This document shows positions 48,349 to 50,655 of a stretch of DNA of 50,655 nt, piece after piece. The stretch comes from a virus (taxonomy: Duplodnaviria; Caudoviricetes). The stretch is from IMG/VR virus record IMGVR_UViG_3300037459_000262, positions 1 through 50,655 of that record. One strand, given 5' to 3'. Within the stretch, counting starts at the first letter, position 1. Each line of letters begins with the position of its first letter. The translations under genes were made by a program, and so were the position numbers. The notes below the pieces were generated by a model. The model was given only the letters and a program-made list of their open reading frames with translations. It was not told the DNA's origin and made no database searches.

Positions 48349-50019
48349 TGATATTTGATAATATTATCTCAGGGATTCAAGAATTAATTAGTAATGATAA
48401 TGAAGATCCACAAAAACAAAGTGATAATTTAGAGTCACTATATCAATTAGCTACATCCACACAAAAAAAGGCCATTGATAATGCTTTCATTTGTATTTGT
48501 GGGTATACACTAGACACTATAATTAATAATCCTGAGAATATTTCATTGGAGGCTAGCAACTCATGACTTTAACAAAAAAACTCAAAGAACAATACAATAA
48601 AGAGACAGTTCAAAAATTAAAGTCATTAATTAAAGATATCAGAGAAATTCCAGACGGAGAAGTTGACAGATATTTAATAATTGTTGAGATTAAAAAAATC
48701 ATAAAGGATATTAAAAAATGAAAACAATCTATGATTTGACGTTTCAAAATGCAACAAAAAAAGATTGCAATTTGAAAATAATCAAAATTCCAAAAGAGGA
48801 CACAATAAAAATTTGCAGGATTAAAGGGTATGAACAAAATCAAACACTTGTTTTGTTTGATGGATACTATTATTCTGATGTTGATAAATTTAGTCCCTCA
48901 GTAAAAAAAATAATTTCTCTTGAAAATAGAGTAACAGAGAAAGCTGCAAAGAAATTCCTGGATAAGATAAAAAAAGATCATCTGAAATATTCAAGTGTTA
49001 TAAATTTAGAGTTTTATCTGATTGGTACAAAACTTTATCAAAAATACTGTAAAAAATCAAAATTAGGCATTACTGAAACTGGAAATACTTTGTTTGGTGA
49101 TTGGTGGTCTTTGTGGGTTGAATCAATGCATAATTCAAATCTTACATATACAAAATTCACCAAAAAGAATTTTGAAAAGAAATTAAGTAAAGCCCAAAAA
49201 TGGGTAAAATCAATCTCAAAAAAGTACAACAATAAAAAAATCCATTTCTCATACCCAAATATTAAGTGGTTTGTGGAGGAAATATCATGACTTCTAATCT
49301 TACTTTCTTTATGTATGTGTCATTGGCTTTTGGAGTAATTTTAATAGCCCTTGCAGACAAAATTGATAAAGTATATCCAGACATTCCAACCGAAATAGGA
49401 TGGATAATAGGTAGTATTGCAGCTGTATTATTTTTTGTATGGGTGTGGCGTGTAGATAAAAAATACGAGGCAGTTAAAAAATGATAAAGAAAATAAATGA
49501 CTTTTATGTTATTAAAGTAAATGGTGTAACTATCTACTATTCTTTTAATTATATTGTGGCCTTTGATTCTTTTTCAACAGGTCTAGTAATACATGAAAAT
49601 ACCTCTGGTCAGAAAACAGGAAGGCATCTGTTACTAATAGATCCAAATAAAGAAATAATCAGAACAGAAGAACAGGAATTTTTGAAAATAAGAAAAGAAG
49701 TTTTTGCAATGCATCAGATTGATATATCCTTTTCAGTGTGGGGAGGGAAAATATGGTAAACTCACATGATACAAATGGAAAGCTAGCAAATCATTGTTAC
49801 AACATAAAATGTTATAACTTTACATCAAATCAAGAACTTAACGGTAGATGGTGCTGTGATGAGTGCTTTATAGAATCTGAAAGTGAAGAGCCACGAATTA
49901 CACGAAGAGAATTATTAGAAATAAAAGTAAAGTATGACTGGGACATGGACCCACACGAAAAAAGACAAGTTGTAGAGATGAATATAACAAAATCATTAGA
50001 GAGGCCAAAAATTGATTAA
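48348..50019 (+). other. Small hypothetical ORFs downstream of PCNA (48348, 48718, ~49287, 49481, ~49753)
   Basis: Co-oriented coupled ORFs. The ORF ending at 49484 has two transmembrane helices. Confidence 0.55.
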
Positions 50020-50200
50020 ATCTATTTCATCTCAAATAACAAATGATGAGATGATAAGAATAATTGATTTAGCATTAAGAAGAGTTGTAGAAAATGGGGA
50101 ATCAGAATATAGTAAAGAAGAGCAAAAAATCTTTGATAAAATTAGAGAGATAAAAAAACAACATGCCAAAAAATATGGCAAATTTCTCTAATTTTTTTTC

Positions 50201-50271
50201 TTTTTTATTCTTATAATGGGTAACACTTAAGTATAAATATGATACTTAATAAATATGAAAACACAACAAAT
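50201..50271 (+). promoter_or_regulatory. Early promoter cassette (copy 2)
   Basis: TTTTTTATTCTTATAATGGGTAACACTTAAGTATAAATATGATACTTAATAAATATGAAAACACAACAAAT. Confidence 0.75.
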
Positions 50272-50655
50272 AATCGAAATAAACACGACTCAACAAATAT
50301 TTTTTTATAGTCTAGTTGGGAAGATGGAGAAATTAATCTAATGAAAGTCACGTTTAAGCTTGAACTTATTGGGCGTGGTAAAAACAAAGAAGAAGCTAAA
50401 AATGATGCAATAGAGCAATTAAGAAATACAATTCATGATAATGTCGAAATTACATCTTGGCTTGATGTTGTTAAAACTGAAAAGGATGAGGATGAAGAAT
50501 AATGAAAGTAAAATATTCAACAGTCTCAGTTGAAAAACAAAAATCACTAAACTTAGAGTCAGCACAAGATATCATTACACCACTTGATGATATAATAGAA
50601 GAAGATGGTTTAATCTCTGAAGTTTTAGAAAAAGAGGCACTAGATGAAATAATTT

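Noticed and set aside
1-50655. Alternative genetic code or stop-codon reassignment
   Set aside because: Long genes translate intact with the standard code and all three stop codons are used at gene ends. Only start codons are unusual.

Overview
This window is part of an AT-rich head-tailed (Caudoviricetes-like) virus genome, most likely infecting an archaeon. Support for an archaeal host: an archaeal-type PCNA and TATA-like promoters with leaderless starts. A Nitrososphaerota/thaumarchaeal host is plausible but is only an inference. Layout: (1) 1-25.2 kb is a minus-strand morphogenesis module (portal, MuF/protease fusion, scaffold, major capsid, adaptor, tail and fibre proteins). A 10-nt motif, AATACCYTTA, lies 32-33 nt before 13 start codons there. 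(2) 25.4-31.2 kb (plus strand) carries the small and large terminase, then a ParB/DGQHR-like gene, a Nop/IS110-like RNA-binding protein without a recognisable nuclease, and an abutting ~1.6-kb array of ~45 units of 36 nt. Each unit is two alternating 9-nt repeats separated by two variable 9-nt spacers. This matches a TIGR-Tas (TasA-like) RNA-guided system and is the main finding. (3) 31-38.6 kb holds small accessory genes and most copies of a dispersed palindrome. (4) 38-41 kb is a largely non-coding control/origin-like region with hairpins and a 31-bp phased A/T-tract array. (5) 41-50.6 kb is a plus-strand early region of small ORFs plus PCNA, with a repeated promoter cassette. All calls come from reading the sequence by eye; no database search was run.
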